Below are positions 62,102-64,000 of a stretch of 64,000 nt of DNA, one piece after another. The DNA lies in NCBI GenBank assembly GCA_002633005.1, contig NMRA01000029.1:636956-700955 (forward strand). Direction: 5' to 3'. This stretch comes from Phoronis australis (Eukaryota > Animalia > Phoronida). Position 1 is the stretch's first letter; each line of letters opens with the position of its first letter. The position numbers and the translations under genes are program-made. The notes under the pieces were generated by a model. That model saw nothing but the letters and a program-made list of their open reading frames with translations, searched no databases and had not been told where the DNA came from.

Positions 62102-64000
62102 CTGTAAGGTCATTAAAAATTATTTTCCTCAATGAAATTTGTTCCAAGGTTATAAACAGTTTATTTTGTGAATACTTCTCACTTTCAACTGGTTTTAATC
62201 CCGCCTTTTTTTCAAAAACCAGCTTTTGATTTATACAATTTACCAAGATGAATTGGTCTCAAATTTGTTCCATAGTTGAAATCAGTACATGTGCATTCTT
62301 GGAAAGTACTGAGAGTTTGAGACTGCCTTGAGACCATGTTGATTGATCACAACATGTAATTTTGTTTGTCTCGAGCAATAGCAAACTGTTCTTTGCAAAC
62401 CAGAAATAACTTAACTCAGTTTACTAAATTTAAGCAATTAAGTCGAGACCAACTTGAAAACAAATTTAGTGGTTTGAGTTTGATGCTAAGTGGCGGAACA
62501 TCGTTTTTTAACTATTTTCATAAAACTTTCGTATACTCACTCTCATGCTCAACAATGTCCTCTTCACCTGAAATGGTACAGAAATTGAATATAAGCTTCT
62601 GGCCAAGAGTGTATGATTTGAATTTATGTACTAGGATATTATCGACAACTAAATCTATGCATTTAGCAATATACCTACATAGCTGTATAGTGAAAGCATA
62701 AATCTTCTGAAAGTAGGAACTTTTTATAATTTGATTTTTGACTTAATACTTAACAAATGATAATATCTTTTTAGTAAAGTCAAGTTAAAAAGAACAATAC
62801 ATTCTCAGCCTAACTACATCTATTAAATGACCATATTTCGTTTGATATAAACGTTCAAGATAAAATGTCCAAAATGATGTCGTAGTTTTTCTCGCTTCAT
62901 CTTTGCTCTATCATTTTTTGGTTTATTTTCTAAAAAGTCCTTGTTTTCGTAACCTCTCGTGTAAAAATGAAACATTCTGAAAACAATTCATTGCACCGTT
63001 ACGAAGAACTGTGTATAAAGTGTAGTATCTGAAAGTTTCAAATGAATCCAAACGGCCATTTCTGAAATATGTTTCGAAGGTAGCCAAATATGGGCAGTTT
63101 GCTAAGGAACTACATAACCTTAAACCACCAATTGTTTAAATGCATTAACAAATCATTTGAAATTGTGTTACAGAAGATTCTCACAAATTTTGTCAGTAAT
63201 TTAGCTGCTGAGGTGAGCTTTACCAATTGTCACATTTTTTGCCTTCTTTATTTAAACGCTATGGAATCGATACAACCAGAGGATTTGTTAGCTAACTATA
63301 TATTTGTTACTTAACAAACAACGTGGAGAGCACAAATATACCCTGACGAGGCATTGTTCATGACCAGTTACAAGTTGACACCTGATGGCATTACTAATCA
63401 CTGCATCTGGCCAATCGTAAATGGTAACACCAGTAAACTTGGTTCCTACAGTTTGTTAAGAGCATCGTTCTGAGCCCACTAGTGCCATAAATTGTCAAAT
63501 GTAACAAGCCCTTAAAGACCTATTGGCTTGCTTTTGCCTATGTCACCATGAGAATCATCTTTTAATTCAAATAGCTGTGAATAACATTCCCATGCATTGG
63601 TGCCCTATTTAGACCGCTATTCAACACAACTCTTATTGGTCTTTTGTTGTTTTGCCTGGAATCTCGCGGTTATGCAATATGGCACAAAAACGCAGCTTCA
63701 TGTATGATTTGTCAGGCCTTCATTTGCGTAATTGATTTCATATTTTCTTATTTTGTTGAGGCTTTGTTGGGACTACCTGGATAGCCCAATACATCTAAAA
63801 TGACAAAATTTCGTTGAAGTAAGGCTTTTAGTGGCCCTGTGCAAAACATGCAAAACATTAGTCCCGTTTAGACATCAAGTTTTGGCCCGGCGCAACTGAC
63901 TCAAAACAAATTGATCGGTGTCAAGTGTCTGTTTACACACACAACTCACTAACTGTGGTAAGACGGAAATTGCAGACTGGAGAGACTAGATCGCACATGC

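Overview
Eukaryotic, intron-rich, AT-rich animal DNA, probably a marine invertebrate. Positions 1-29182 (+) hold the 3' part of one 21-exon gene. All introns are GT-AG and the frame stays open by my manual splicing, giving about 1865 aa in the window; the 5' end lies upstream. It encodes at least three concatenated bile-salt-activated-lipase (CEL)-like type-B carboxylesterase domains, each with a Ser-Asp-His triad. These are followed by a 7x20-aa Thr/Pro mucin stalk, a SEA-like domain with a G/SIVV autocleavage motif, one TM helix and a C-terminal PDZ-type motif. Domains 1 and 3 are near-identical, introns included, but differ at active-site residues. Convergent on the minus strand are the last two exons of YME1L1 (33117-33908), whose upstream exons I could not find in the window. 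The right half is repeat-rich: Kolobok-type TTAA elements with THAP remnants, Helentron-associated (HINE-like) elements with ~445-bp arrays, 5-bp-TSD CAGGG elements, foldback hairpins and tRNA-derived heads. It also holds a candidate 4-exon orphan gene (57063-51064, -) and an unidentified ORF or exon (61557-62101, -). Everything was read by eye; no database searches were run.
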